Virus record (IMG/VR): IMGVR_UViG_3300045988_074841
DNA from: a virus
DNA length: 64,000 bases
Strand: one strand, 5' to 3'
Made by a program: the position numbers and the translations under genes. Below are positions 47,801-52,671 of this stretch, piece by piece; the first letter of the stretch is position 1, and each line of letters starts with the position of its first letter. Below the pieces are notes generated by a model, which did no database searches, was not told the DNA's origin, and worked only from the letters and a program-made list of their open reading frames with translations.

Positions 47801-49174
47801 AATCGTCTTAGAAACCTTATGTATTCTCCTAATGCTATGGGTGAACATCACATGCAGAATAGTGCTATGTTTGCTATGATGTTTGAGAATAGAATTGTTC
47901 CTGTAGATGATTATCGAAATAAAGGTAGACTTCCTTATCAAGCTATGACTTGGTCTCAATATAAAGTTGCTTCTCACGAAGAAGCTATGAGACAACTTAT
48001 TGCTGGTACTCCTCTTGCTGCTCAATTTGAGAAATTTGTAAATGATATAAAGTCTGACCCAAATCAACTTAAAGAATATGCTAGAGGAAGAAGAGATTTA
48101 GCTAATGAATTTAAGAACATTTTCCTTAACAATAAACAAAGTAAAGATTTTGTTGCTAAACGTAAGGAACTTGAAGCTAAAGCTAAGAAACAATTTGAAG
48201 CTAATCCTACTCTTATGGAACAGCTTGATTTGGTTGATGGTAGACTAGGTTTTAAAGATGGTTCTCTTATGGAACAACTTTCTAAACAAAGTACTAATGG
48301 AGAAATAAATGATGCTTATGCTCTTCTTGGAGAGTTCAAAGGTAAAGTTATTGCTGTTAATAAAGAAATACATGGTGTATATGATAGACTTGGTGCTGCT
48401 CAACTTGAAAAATATTGGTGGGGTAGTCTTGTTATGCAATATCATAAACATATATATCCAGGTATTCTTAAACATTGGAGAAGAAAAGGTTATTTTAATG
48501 AACAAACAGGCGATAGTCGTGTAGGTTGTGGTCCTGCTCTTATGGATTTCCTTACAATGCCTATTCGTCAATATAATGAAAGACATAAACTTTTAGATAA
48601 TAAACAGCTTGAAGCACTTGAAGGTACTCAAAATCTTTTTGCTGCTTATGTAAACTTTGCTGAGAATATTCGAGTTAATTGGGAAGCATTACCTGAATAT
48701 CAGAAAGCTGCTATTCGTAGAACAGCTGGTGATGTATTTGGTGCTTTATCTTCTATTATGGTTGCTATCGGTACTAATATAGCTTGGGATGATAAGGATA
48801 AAGATAAAATGCTTCTTCCTAATCTTATGCTTTATAGTGCAGACAAACTTGCAACTGAAAGTATGATGTATAATCCAATATTCCTTCCAAACAATGCTAA
48901 AGATCTTTGGAGTTCTCCTATTGCAATGATGAATATGCCTAATGATATTATCAATAGTCTTAATCTTGTAGCAAATGCTATGTTTGATGATGAATTTGAT
49001 TATAATTATACTACTGGTCGTTACAAAGGTGAGAATAAATTTAAAGTTAAACTTATGAGACAAGTTCCTATTTATAGAGCTTATAATAATCTTGCTACTA
49101 TTGATAAGAGTAATAGTTATTATCATTATGGTAAAAATATACTTGGATTTGTTCCTACATCATTTGATAAATAA
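35801..49174 (+). CDS. Giant single-polypeptide virion RNA polymerase-like protein (4457 aa)
   Basis: In-frame DFDID aspartate triad at 40937-40951 (VVPDDWVAQTGSDFDIDSVYG), consistent with the D-x-D-x-D catalytic signature of crAss-like virion RNAPs; position at distal end of virion block; own terminators up- and downstream. Confidence 0.7.
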   Translation: MACNFKTTSAGTSIKRKVGANNARFVALISLISNPETGGFTDEFVKYYQKVNHTDNIPSVDNSERGVIAKTAIRYYNSIHFDVNAQSTGTYYDKDVDAFGYSDSHAKVYAITRAIPNIMRSMYVSDIRSGEIVDKDSILGDLIKRTKVRITKDVAANYLKAIGKPATNVEVNKIADALLNNNETYYKKDELILAITKAFDKNGDVQVQNTFAIYKDIFKDTTGKDFFNRVIIADPIIGNLKYSDETESSLAEAYAEDFDSVDDSSYNNNEDEDVLTVGDRQDNTWNDHSGLGSSYMKGFDLDIRLSLSMIPKLTSNTVDTKTLKSGKVKDVYDYDKNNPTGNVDYIDVKDIISTLSAKKDVSNLNTFIDSVKEASNIPGMEGLIKLYKDLTSDLDYAARLYTQFKTVINKYETRIADENTAMNKSNKNSNAQQVHALSFLNDAKFTHINTDSDITNKLANEVDETIVEYTQALAAGDEFALDQAKLYNTIVDRIASRIKDYYPSADKASIDNYVRLANNGEVATNMRYLTDSLRKIAKASDATTSQYTENRDAISGINKEIRKLQTKIDALNEAGEHKGIDKINEEIDKLVSQRDNIRFSDYRSQDSITQSIALSDKLYPYSSVKVELNSRNGLGNLQSDIINSSMITYLLKVLNSPKTTTDELGNTAPESLVNFAKFKFKNNQYNLSNILIETRENGKIVNYGLFYYDADKQKYGVTNYASGLLNVALFNGAVKTDEGTGITYAQMSKGDYVYTAFANYFNSDKNIDADRVTNSIPLANYFMRTPSDAPKTFVVRAPRYHITKSNPIRTVTNAADVDNYIKNYVAEHIASMSEAAFNQANPRAKFIQLEDNRSDRAQITRDLTDNNITRSVYENEIIRNDGKTATIGYQFTDEEGNVNKYIITGSIRHVKGMNKFVIENGKATILDNNEMRDNLRPMIYDKYRKQAYRNGRIGDVQVDYKVNREHPIYKQFRKIFNQELTNMAEAINMIFLTGDDGVIQREADGKPKFNPNNAFGLDKESARRLYANYQTKKDKYLDSNYGLVGNMFHSDKFTITDYKTGKIRNYGQELLDDYFDSLYNGSKGGFIHFGYENGKIKLNHTKDQAKAIDNKIAEFISDYIYSSAIRMDEFKNLDVAGLINDDNVADFALNYRLAYNYFDDLFEGDDKFYKSSQDFLKRAKEGQASGTPYSTFNIYQDENMMLTDLKKMSYLNSQAIQDKLNSLGLHVTQRPGFVGITIKNTVRTSHEASQNGPVVHELARVYMKHDPELTEDEAIAKANKHMEGYQNTTVNDAQSYITFEEWIRRVAGRGQLNKYMPLIERIMDRSKPLRVDDIKTFVQVQKNFYYDMTYNDKINTYAPRQIKNAELVLVPRFIEGTDLEKVYNLMKDHGIDQLNTEETSKAGKAGVLTLFDEETGEVTDTHIQDFNNHVEDYKETYSYNFLYTQQETPQHMNAENKAAIQIMKKIVDNIPDTGTIGEVKKEFFKLYVANIKDSFNSLVKELNIPTNEDGSIKLDANGNIEGLDMKLFFNKLRKECLRQGLDSNILEFFTLNEDSPYTELGRANTVMPTYMTNMMSKAQNVCQSMFNNAITRQKLPGFHAAQVTNVGYSKHLRYHPDGGRYIEVLLPKSNFGFAKNEDGTYKEPDEIRDKDGNLVGGLLYQLQRAKLDTIIGYRIPTEGKQSICAMKVVGFTDDAQGSTIVVPDDWVAQTGSDFDIDSVYGIQHNTYIDKDGDIQKVAYKESFGKLYDDYVKEQLNDEAKDKLEEAVKNGVNESTALANAAQEGGLLSREEFSKANSIEEKNSRQARNNRILDDMLRILQSDEAFEENTGQSQFEDIINARDNIMNDVVKSVRNGRSCYDFIDQAEYQEDVMSGAKLKAFSVTRDTFVSICNKVQPTIDKNYAISARYKATPKQAEVLAKRFGEDNVIYKDGYVTISHTMIGWSHDNHNVDDAILTAYSSETTAHILDAVKKGAVPNVNEFTFAVYKTFPDVGSNYKTGVAFMMHPAVTRIVNAYNKGKSVYSEDSAQPIVDALKEVAEELDVDSSSLYSGKMVVEAINDKLGTNYSFIKNNNIVLDEEQLASDVKNANNVSLAREVEILMAYNDINRLADVIQKTVRVCNPDKFGAKQTIFATNEVFETIKDIINSKQAKVLSKNDIPFLESIYPGLIKDGVVDKDNYVKDTHESAYPSLNAFLKYASVTSTVVNSMLFETQNSAFVTTIKALSKMLPTPRKLTEKEYNDYEKYVIGAAYNNADGIRLGYTINSSTGRLESTKTSDLQERLRIYGFSGSPVFHFDVEDITEPTQDEIDAWSKLTPAQKVAWLQSKAEDGGIFSKLKVDLQDNYRVGNKECAAQSIRFNDDNVDTETAYNLFETATKSQNPLVKLAAIDLIKYAFVVEGFKMRRNGINKIIKNSTLRDDTLFANQDGEPTSLLSQIDANFKHITYDDYRDDYLRSHSDNGMVPKRTVKKKRVGKIWVNELSAPDGVITLNVPSRRNDITEADINDEFAATKTIAEETEIRPVEDVVDNKLQVVQDNTTAPDDTKLAVKYGIYNAWTDRVNPYVKLTFKNRGVNTTNLYKTVRHGDIIFAYPVSMLEENEHGIVSVNQANNTLYSEMYYRTIIDNKLQGNQLTKEEADKLRKEYANERAISSKSRVNTGFDINKDRTTGDIGGARDAYSKIINLIKNDAKGIQIINNRYLYNRVSEGFGNFQIIHDVIDGNEVTKKIAFAKETKVIFDSEGKVIPYPVKVIQIIPSTNDKESTSVEYNFDMFTDINRRAHEGDVNAYREVQFMNNNGFENVSTDYTNMSPKLYEAIDRFTSATAKKLISDADQFYKKEDGTYASIFAPETIEMIRNNPSEQRRFQKLLLDTDSIINKYGTIFDVVVDENENPEVIDFINHIKKTIGDLRNKLNLSTLNERFAREVVAKWSNDPNIQNGLVDICNGYHAVTWCDAWIGDLQDTGNSLIQNISKHIVDDISAKDMQAAKDAREFEKAIKALGHIDWDKLVDKNGKLIRDYTDKFVEDLDTLRNKVDEARKDVINNPMAYLKAKHEYDAFKLAHLNQQFKDEYYKAMYDNDDYMLNTAPTIFAEYTKLREQIRNINRLRISGVLSPENEEEYRKLRRSINQLESTINFDDGTEKPIYDETNPIPGTKGFDEEGKPIIVDKAKYDEAVLNSQGAAMKLNQYLKRKRDINEEYNDTQVKDSFEEELDKRLDIIKRAEKRDAFGNKQVSDEVLANDEKYQRAKEWLEQNATWHVDPKVSDEIAVAYGVLSKGRVQKNNQITYKAKLIKIKLANGEKVYDSKGRIRGDIFTEEEQEAIRKDEAGRYNNTIYSAGNEQILINNAPEQKQALPAVVQRMLTSNSKEGKANVEYLKLVNEINEILRPYYDTTKKEVNTITDRHQISIEELHKLADLYEKLRNTKKTIVNEDIPGNGSAVGSFIRKFMHTEYSSKFDIEYSKAKTIGGEYLKAWEDANMEYDFEYDEKGHIVKDSDGNYVYDKSVRLPNRFLYGTLTLKDEFYTGMKNQKVAKDLRKEAEIKTKALATINEYLETTTTPYYSDAMAEARAKGKEEFDKWFTRNHVWNVYTHKFDPIGIWQKTSIKPNYANGTWAANYNQLDIVPKEEYRNPDYKENTTQAENFKRGINDEKYVNNVTLSDNEKQAKKLIETTLDKIVRDKTSRRIISQGFIPITAKEADHDFKWFGKQIAEFAGWNANISSVGKNSLHANMNYSTDKTPVLPMIGREFTNKNSEDINKIKAAEPKRDQYTTDEEYNKAMTEHKARLDAAEKNNKAIHQSLVNRDFVSSISQFIRLAGHQNAVQDNKYLFYYGQNMIKATPVLDDNIGFSNLRKDINRSTTDVTRYAEKTYDERLYGQFTNWGNRLIYDRYKLPNNKLTKAANIAQSLTSAKFMMLNITGAIGNVTVGRSGIFAEHIAKAYFSTSAWNKAKTMWYGASLSFLRGMTREDSTSLADAIVKFMNVVDFDEVLGRPSGSFKASDAINRLRNLMYSPNAMGEHHMQNSAMFAMMFENRIVPVDDYRNKGRLPYQAMTWSQYKVASHEEAMRQLIAGTPLAAQFEKFVNDIKSDPNQLKEYARGRRDLANEFKNIFLNNKQSKDFVAKRKELEAKAKKQFEANPTLMEQLDLVDGRLGFKDGSLMEQLSKQSTNGEINDAYALLGEFKGKVIAVNKEIHGVYDRLGAAQLEKYWWGSLVMQYHKHIYPGILKHWRRKGYFNEQTGDSRVGCGPALMDFLTMPIRQYNERHKLLDNKQLEALEGTQNLFAAYVNFAENIRVNWEALPEYQKAAIRRTAGDVFGALSSIMVAIGTNIAWDDKDKDKMLLPNLMLYSADKLATESMMYNPIFLPNNAKDLWSSPIAMMNMPNDIINSLNLVANAMFDDEFDYNYTTGRYKGENKFKVKLMRQVPIYRAYNNLATIDKSNSYYHYGKNILGFVPTSFDK
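38521..38541 (+). repeat. Degenerate GC-rich element copy (TCGCCACGTAAAAGGTATGAA) in vRNAP gene (IRHVKGM)
   Basis: matches the 24460 copy at 18/21 nt including the GGTATGA tail. Confidence 0.55.
42594..42606 (-). repeat. GC-rich element copy (CTTCTACGGGGCG) in vRNAP gene (SSTGRLE)
   Basis: seen in sequence. Confidence 0.75.
43357..43377 (+). repeat. GC-rich element copy (CCGCCCCGTAGAAGATGTAGT) in vRNAP gene (IRPVEDV)
   Basis: seen in sequence. Confidence 0.8.
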
Positions 49175-49175
49175 A

Positions 49176-49196
49176 CCGCCCCGTAAAAGAGTTGAT
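49176..49196 (+). repeat. Solitary GC-rich element copy (CCGCCCCGTAAAAGAGTTGAT) 2 nt after vRNAP stop codon
   Basis: seen in sequence; no inverted partner nearby. Confidence 0.8.
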
Positions 49197-49228
49197 AATG
49201 TGAATTCTACTAATAAGAATTAAATAAG

Positions 49229-49296
49229 ACCTTTATCTGTTGGAGATATTAATATTAATAGTATCTTTGCAACAGATAAAGGTTTTCCTGTTTTTG
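49229..49296 (+). terminator. Strong terminator: 14-bp stem ACCTTTATCTGTTG/CAACAGATAAAGGT with palindromic loop, then TTTCCTGTTTTTG
   Basis: Perfect inverted repeat 49229-49242/49270-49283. Confidence 0.7.
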
Positions 49297-49331
49297 CCAT
49301 GAAATTACTACAGATATATGCGAAACTTTAT

Positions 49332-49402
49332 TGCTCTATGGTGTAATGGTAGCACTACAGATTTTGGTTCTGTCAGAGCAGGTTCGAATCCTGCTAGAGT
49401 AA
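49332..49402 (+). tRNA. tRNA-Gln (anticodon UUG)
   Basis: Hand-folded cloverleaf: acceptor TGCTCTA/TAGAGTA (one G-U), D-arm GTGT-AATGGTA-GCAC, anticodon arm ACAGA-TTTTGGT-TCTGT (anticodon TTG at 49364-49366), T-arm GCAGG-TTCGAAT-CCTGC; 71 nt, no encoded CCA. Confidence 0.8.
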
Positions 49403-49487
49403 CAAATGCTATAAGTTCTAAACTACTTGCTAAATTAATTGTTTATAGGGTTTAAATGTGGTTTAAGGTGATATTTATAAAGTTCTT

Positions 49488-49523
49488 GAGCTAGATAGTC
49501 GTGATGACTGTCTAGCTCTTTTT
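49488..49523 (+). terminator. Hairpin terminator downstream of tRNA (GAGCTAGA/TCTAGCTC + TTTTT)
   Basis: 8-bp stem with inner GTC/GAC pairing, followed by TTTTTCG. Confidence 0.55.
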
Positions 49524-49958
49524 CGTTTAATGTGTTATAATGTGTCGCTACTAATAAATAAAAAAAAGAGTAACTCATCCTCACGGACAAGCTACTCATA
49601 ATATAAAACAATGATTAAAATGATGCAGCCGCTGCTGCTAATGTTGAATTATGAATTCTTATAACATGGAATGCAAATATCAAAAACATAAGTAATATTT
49701 CAATTTCTTTCGTAAGCGGTCAAATAATTAAAGTAGTATGATTAATCGGCATTAATATATAAGTTGCTTAGAAATCATTTATTATGTAATTGTGGGAGTT
49801 TCCCACTAAGGTTGGCACAGATTAAACTCGTATGCCTGGAGCTGAAATAAGACTTACAAGTAAGAATGGTTATTAAATAAATTACACTTTAAATGACTTC
49901 TAAGCTACTTTAAGATTGCGACTGAATAACTATTCAGAAGAAGAGAATTAATGCGACA

Positions 49959-49978
49959 GAGGAGAATTTAAATTCCTC
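49959..49978. terminator. Palindromic hairpin GAGGAGAATTTAAATTCCTC (paralogue of the 35735 terminator), likely terminator for (-)-strand lipoprotein gene
   Basis: Lies 40 nt downstream of the (-)-strand stop at 50020; symmetric so usable on either strand. Confidence 0.45.
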
Positions 49979-50019
49979 AAGAACGCAGCATCATTTTGAA
50001 ACAATCTACTGCCATATAA

Positions 50020-50277
50020 TTAATTAGCTTCTTGTTTAAAAGGAGCTTTAATTATATTACCATTACCATCAAGATAAATAACACTATCTGTGTCATATCC
50101 ATCATTTGTAGAATCAACATCATTTATTTCATAGAAATCATCATTAATTCCACAACTATCTATACTTACAGGTTTGTTATTAGAAACTTTATTATAACTA
50201 CAAGCACCAAGTCCGGCAGTTACAATAGCAAGTATAAATATGGCTATATTCTTATGTTTATTATAATTTGGATTCAT
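50020..50277 (-). CDS. Small secreted lipoprotein (85 aa)
   Basis: N-terminal signal peptide with lipobox ...VTAGLGAC-SYNK; last gene of (-)-strand block. Confidence 0.6.
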   Translation of the reverse strand: MNPNYNKHKNIAIFILAIVTAGLGACSYNKVSNNKPVSIDSCGINDDFYEINDVDSTNDGYDTDSVIYLDGNGNIIKAPFKQEAN

Positions 50278-50294
50278 AATAGTTTTAAATTAAA

Positions 50295-50325
50295 AACTGC
50301 TAGTACTTTCACAAGCACTAGCAGA
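50295..50325 (-). terminator. (-)-strand hairpin terminator (CTGCTAGT/ACTAGCAG + TTTTT)
   Basis: Read on minus strand: ctgctagtgcttgtgaaagtactagcag ttttt. Confidence 0.5.
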
Positions 50326-50350
50326 AACATCAGAAGAAAAATTTCAGTAT

Positions 50351-50623
50351 TTATTTCAAATACAAATCTATATACCTCTGTATACAGTTCACATGAGTAC
50401 TTCCAACAAATTTAAATGTTACTTCATCATCTTTAAGAAATATTGTAGTAGGATAATCATAAGCTTTATACTTATGAATAAGTCTTTTAGGAAGCTCTGT
50501 AAAATCTTTAATTTCAAGAGCTATTTCTTTAGATGATTTAGCAATAACTGTTTGAATGTTATTTATCACTATAGAACAACCAAGACAATTCTTAGTCGTT
50601 ATTATCAGGATTTTTCTTTTCAT
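50351..50623 (-). CDS. Thioredoxin-fold protein (glutaredoxin/NrdH-like, 90 aa)
   Basis: CxxC active site KNCLGCS near N-terminus and downstream DYPTTIF (cis-Pro region) typical of thioredoxin fold. Confidence 0.55.
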   Translation of the reverse strand: MKRKILIITTKNCLGCSIVINNIQTVIAKSSKEIALEIKDFTELPKRLIHKYKAYDYPTTIFLKDDEVTFKFVGSTHVNCIQRYIDLYLK

Positions 50624-50867
50624 TTATCTCAGCTACTTTTTCATAATAAGAACCATCAGGAGTGAAATGAACTCCTTCATTGTTAAGAATAGTCGCATAA
50701 GTCTTTGCAGTATTCTTCAAATCTCTAAGAAGCAAAGCAAGATTAGCAAAAGTTACTTTATTAACTTTATCGCTATTCTTAGCATTTTCAATAAACTTAG
50801 ATACATTGTTAACTTCAATAGCAGTATGTGCGTGCTGCTTAATCATTTCTGATACCCACTTTTTCAT
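50592..50867 (-). CDS. Hypothetical protein (91 aa)
   Basis: ATG ORF, 32-nt overlap with downstream gene. Confidence 0.4.
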   Translation of the reverse strand: MKKWVSEMIKQHAHTAIEVNNVSKFIENAKNSDKVNKVTFANLALLLRDLKNTAKTYATILNNEGVHFTPDGSYYEKVAEINEKKNPDNND

Positions 50868-50891
50868 ATTGTTTACTATTTAAATTATTAA

Positions 50892-51500
50892 TTATTTCTT
50901 TGCTGTAGAACCAAATGCACCATCACCTCTATCAGTTATGCCAAGGTCTTCAAGATTCTCGACTGGTTCAAAACAAATTTGTCTATGATGAGGAATTTCA
51001 AATTGCCCAATAACATCACCAACATTAATTGGTGTAGGATTATCTACAATAGCTCTAAAAACAATGAAAAATTCACCTCTATAACTTTCATCCAGAGTCA
51101 TTGGAGCATTAGCTACAACATAACCCATTTTAGTAATTCTACTATTAGGACGACAAGTCAGCGAATCTCTATATTCAAGAGCTACATGAATACCAGTTCC
51201 GCATTTAATGCGTCCATCATCTGTCTTTTCAATAGAAGTACAGACTACATCACAACAAGCATCTGTAGCGTGTCCATAAGCGTGACCATCTTTATCACCT
51301 TCACTCATATAATGAGCATACTCTGGAATTTGTGCTTTAACTTTAGGGTCAAGCCAAATCTTAACTGGAACAAAATCAATAGCTGTACGAAGAGCTTCTT
51401 TAAGTTCTTTTTCAGCTAACACTCTGTTGTCAGGAGTGTCTTTAAAAGCATTTGCATAATTAATAAATGCATCTGCAATACGATTACTTAATTGACTCAT
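50892..51500 (-). CDS. dut: dUTP pyrophosphatase (dUTPase) with N-terminal extension
   Basis: Motif III-like LDESYRGEF, motif IV-like VIGQFEI, motif V RGDGAFGSTA (RGxxGFGS[ST]); ~70-aa extra N-terminal region. Confidence 0.7.
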   Translation of the reverse strand: MSQLSNRIADAFINYANAFKDTPDNRVLAEKELKEALRTAIDFVPVKIWLDPKVKAQIPEYAHYMSEGDKDGHAYGHATDACCDVVCTSIEKTDDGRIKCGTGIHVALEYRDSLTCRPNSRITKMGYVVANAPMTLDESYRGEFFIVFRAIVDNPTPINVGDVIGQFEIPHHRQICFEPVENLEDLGITDRGDGAFGSTAKK

Positions 51501-51503
51501 AAT

Positions 51504-52019
51504 TTATTTATTGAAATTATATACTATAGCAGAATATTCATTAATCTGATAATTCTTACTATTTCTTATACACTTTAGAGTAGTATTAACTTGTTCTTTA
51601 AATCCTTCACAACCAATACATTTAATCATTTGAGGATTTAACAGATACCAATTATTACCAACTTCTACATTACTAGGAAGACCTTCAATGTCTTTCCATT
51701 TAATAATAGCTCCTACATCAATAAGTTCTTTAATAGCTTTTCTTATTGTGTCAGGAGTTTTAGCATTACACTGAGAAGATTCAATTAAAGTTCGAGAATT
51801 AAATTCAATACTAGTTTGTGAAGGTTTCATTGTATCACTAATCCAACAAGCAATATCACAAGCAGTTTTACTACAAGTTTTATGTATCATAGTAGACACA
51901 AATTTACCAGTACCTTTAAACACTTCATAAACAGTAGTTACTTTAGCATCTTTACCTTTAATTTTATTTCTAGCTTCATGTTCTTCCATAATAGTTGTAA
52001 AATTAAGTACTTCAATCAT
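51504..52019 (-). CDS. Cys-rich hypothetical protein (171 aa)
   Basis: ATG ORF; CxxxC / CIGCEG patterns suggest metal binding. Confidence 0.45.
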   Translation of the reverse strand: MIEVLNFTTIMEEHEARNKIKGKDAKVTTVYEVFKGTGKFVSTMIHKTCSKTACDIACWISDTMKPSQTSIEFNSRTLIESSQCNAKTPDTIRKAIKELIDVGAIIKWKDIEGLPSNVEVGNNWYLLNPQMIKCIGCEGFKEQVNTTLKCIRNSKNYQINEYSAIVYNFNK

Positions 52020-52045
52020 AACTTCACTACCTTAACTAATAACGA

Positions 52046-52077
52046 CACTACAAAGATAGAAAAATTCCTCGTTTCTA
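52046..52077. terminator. Bidirectional hairpin (12-bp stem TTCCTCGTTTCT/AGAAACGAGGAA, 5-nt loop) flanked by A/T runs on both sides
   Basis: Perfect 12-bp inverted repeat; lies only ~25 nt upstream of (-)-strand start at 52019. Confidence 0.5.
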
Positions 52078-52310
52078 TCACAGAAACGAGGAAAAAATGT
52101 CGTTAATTTGTGTTAAGGCTAACTATAACTATCTGATAATCAATTAGTTACAGCGTCAAAAATTGGCTCTATATATATAATATATTAGTCCTATGATATT
52201 TGACACGGCAAAGATAACTAAAAAGTAGTATACTGGTACAACTTTTAAGCTAAATGTTGTATATATCTACAATATTTTCTATAGTAGCATTAACATCACC
52301 TACTTCACAT

Positions 52311-52380
52311 CTTCTACGGGGCGGCTTTAGCTGCTTCTAGTATTCTAGCACTAGTAGTTGCTCTATCCTCCCCGTAAAGG
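52311..52380. repeat. Composite element: inverted pair of GC-rich element (CTTCTACGGGGCGG ... CCTCCCCGTAAAGG) immediately downstream of (-)-strand stop 52387
   Basis: Copies at 52311-52324 and 52367-52380 (second degenerate), ~42-nt loop. Confidence 0.6.
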
Positions 52381-52386
52381 ACATCC

Positions 52387-52671
52387 TTAGTAACAAGCAT
52401 TTAATTCATTTTGTAATTTTATAGTCCATTCTCTAGCATCTTCTTTATTATCAAATACTAAAGCTTCTGGAACATTAGGAACACCTTTATTTTCATCAAT
52501 CATAATAGTGTAATTTACAACACTTTGGTTAGTATCAGCATAACTATTTACAGCACTAACTGTACCAACAAAGAATTTACCACTAATATGACTAAAAGCT
52601 AGTACCTCATCACCAACTTTGTAATGAGGTACTTTAAATTGATTTTCTTTTCCATTAAAATTAACTAGCAT
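52387..52671 (-). CDS. Hypothetical protein (94 aa)
   Basis: ATG ORF overlapping upstream gene by 11 nt. Confidence 0.45.
   Translation of the reverse strand: MLVNFNGKENQFKVPHYKVGDEVLAFSHISGKFFVGTVSAVNSYADTNQSVVNYTIMIDENKGVPNVPEALVFDNKEDAREWTIKLQNELNACY

Noticed and set aside
49332-49402. Possibility that the tRNA is a stop-codon suppressor (TAG or TGA recoding as in some crAss-like lineages)
   Set aside because: Anticodon reads TTG (standard Gln, codon CAA). All large late genes are intact under the standard code. The only in-frame TAG seen (57621) is better explained by a frameshift, because the continuing frame differs.
50979-51419. 146-aa (+)-strand ORF inside the dUTPase gene
   Set aside because: It is antisense to a CDS with clear dUTPase motifs. 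The product is Ile/Ser/Asn low-complexity.
4034-52380. Interpreting the GC-rich element purely as ordinary intrinsic-terminator stems
   Set aside because: Only three sites are inverted pairs. At least 14 copies are solitary and many lie inside long ORFs in both orientations, where they cannot form the hairpin or terminate transcription without truncating essential genes.
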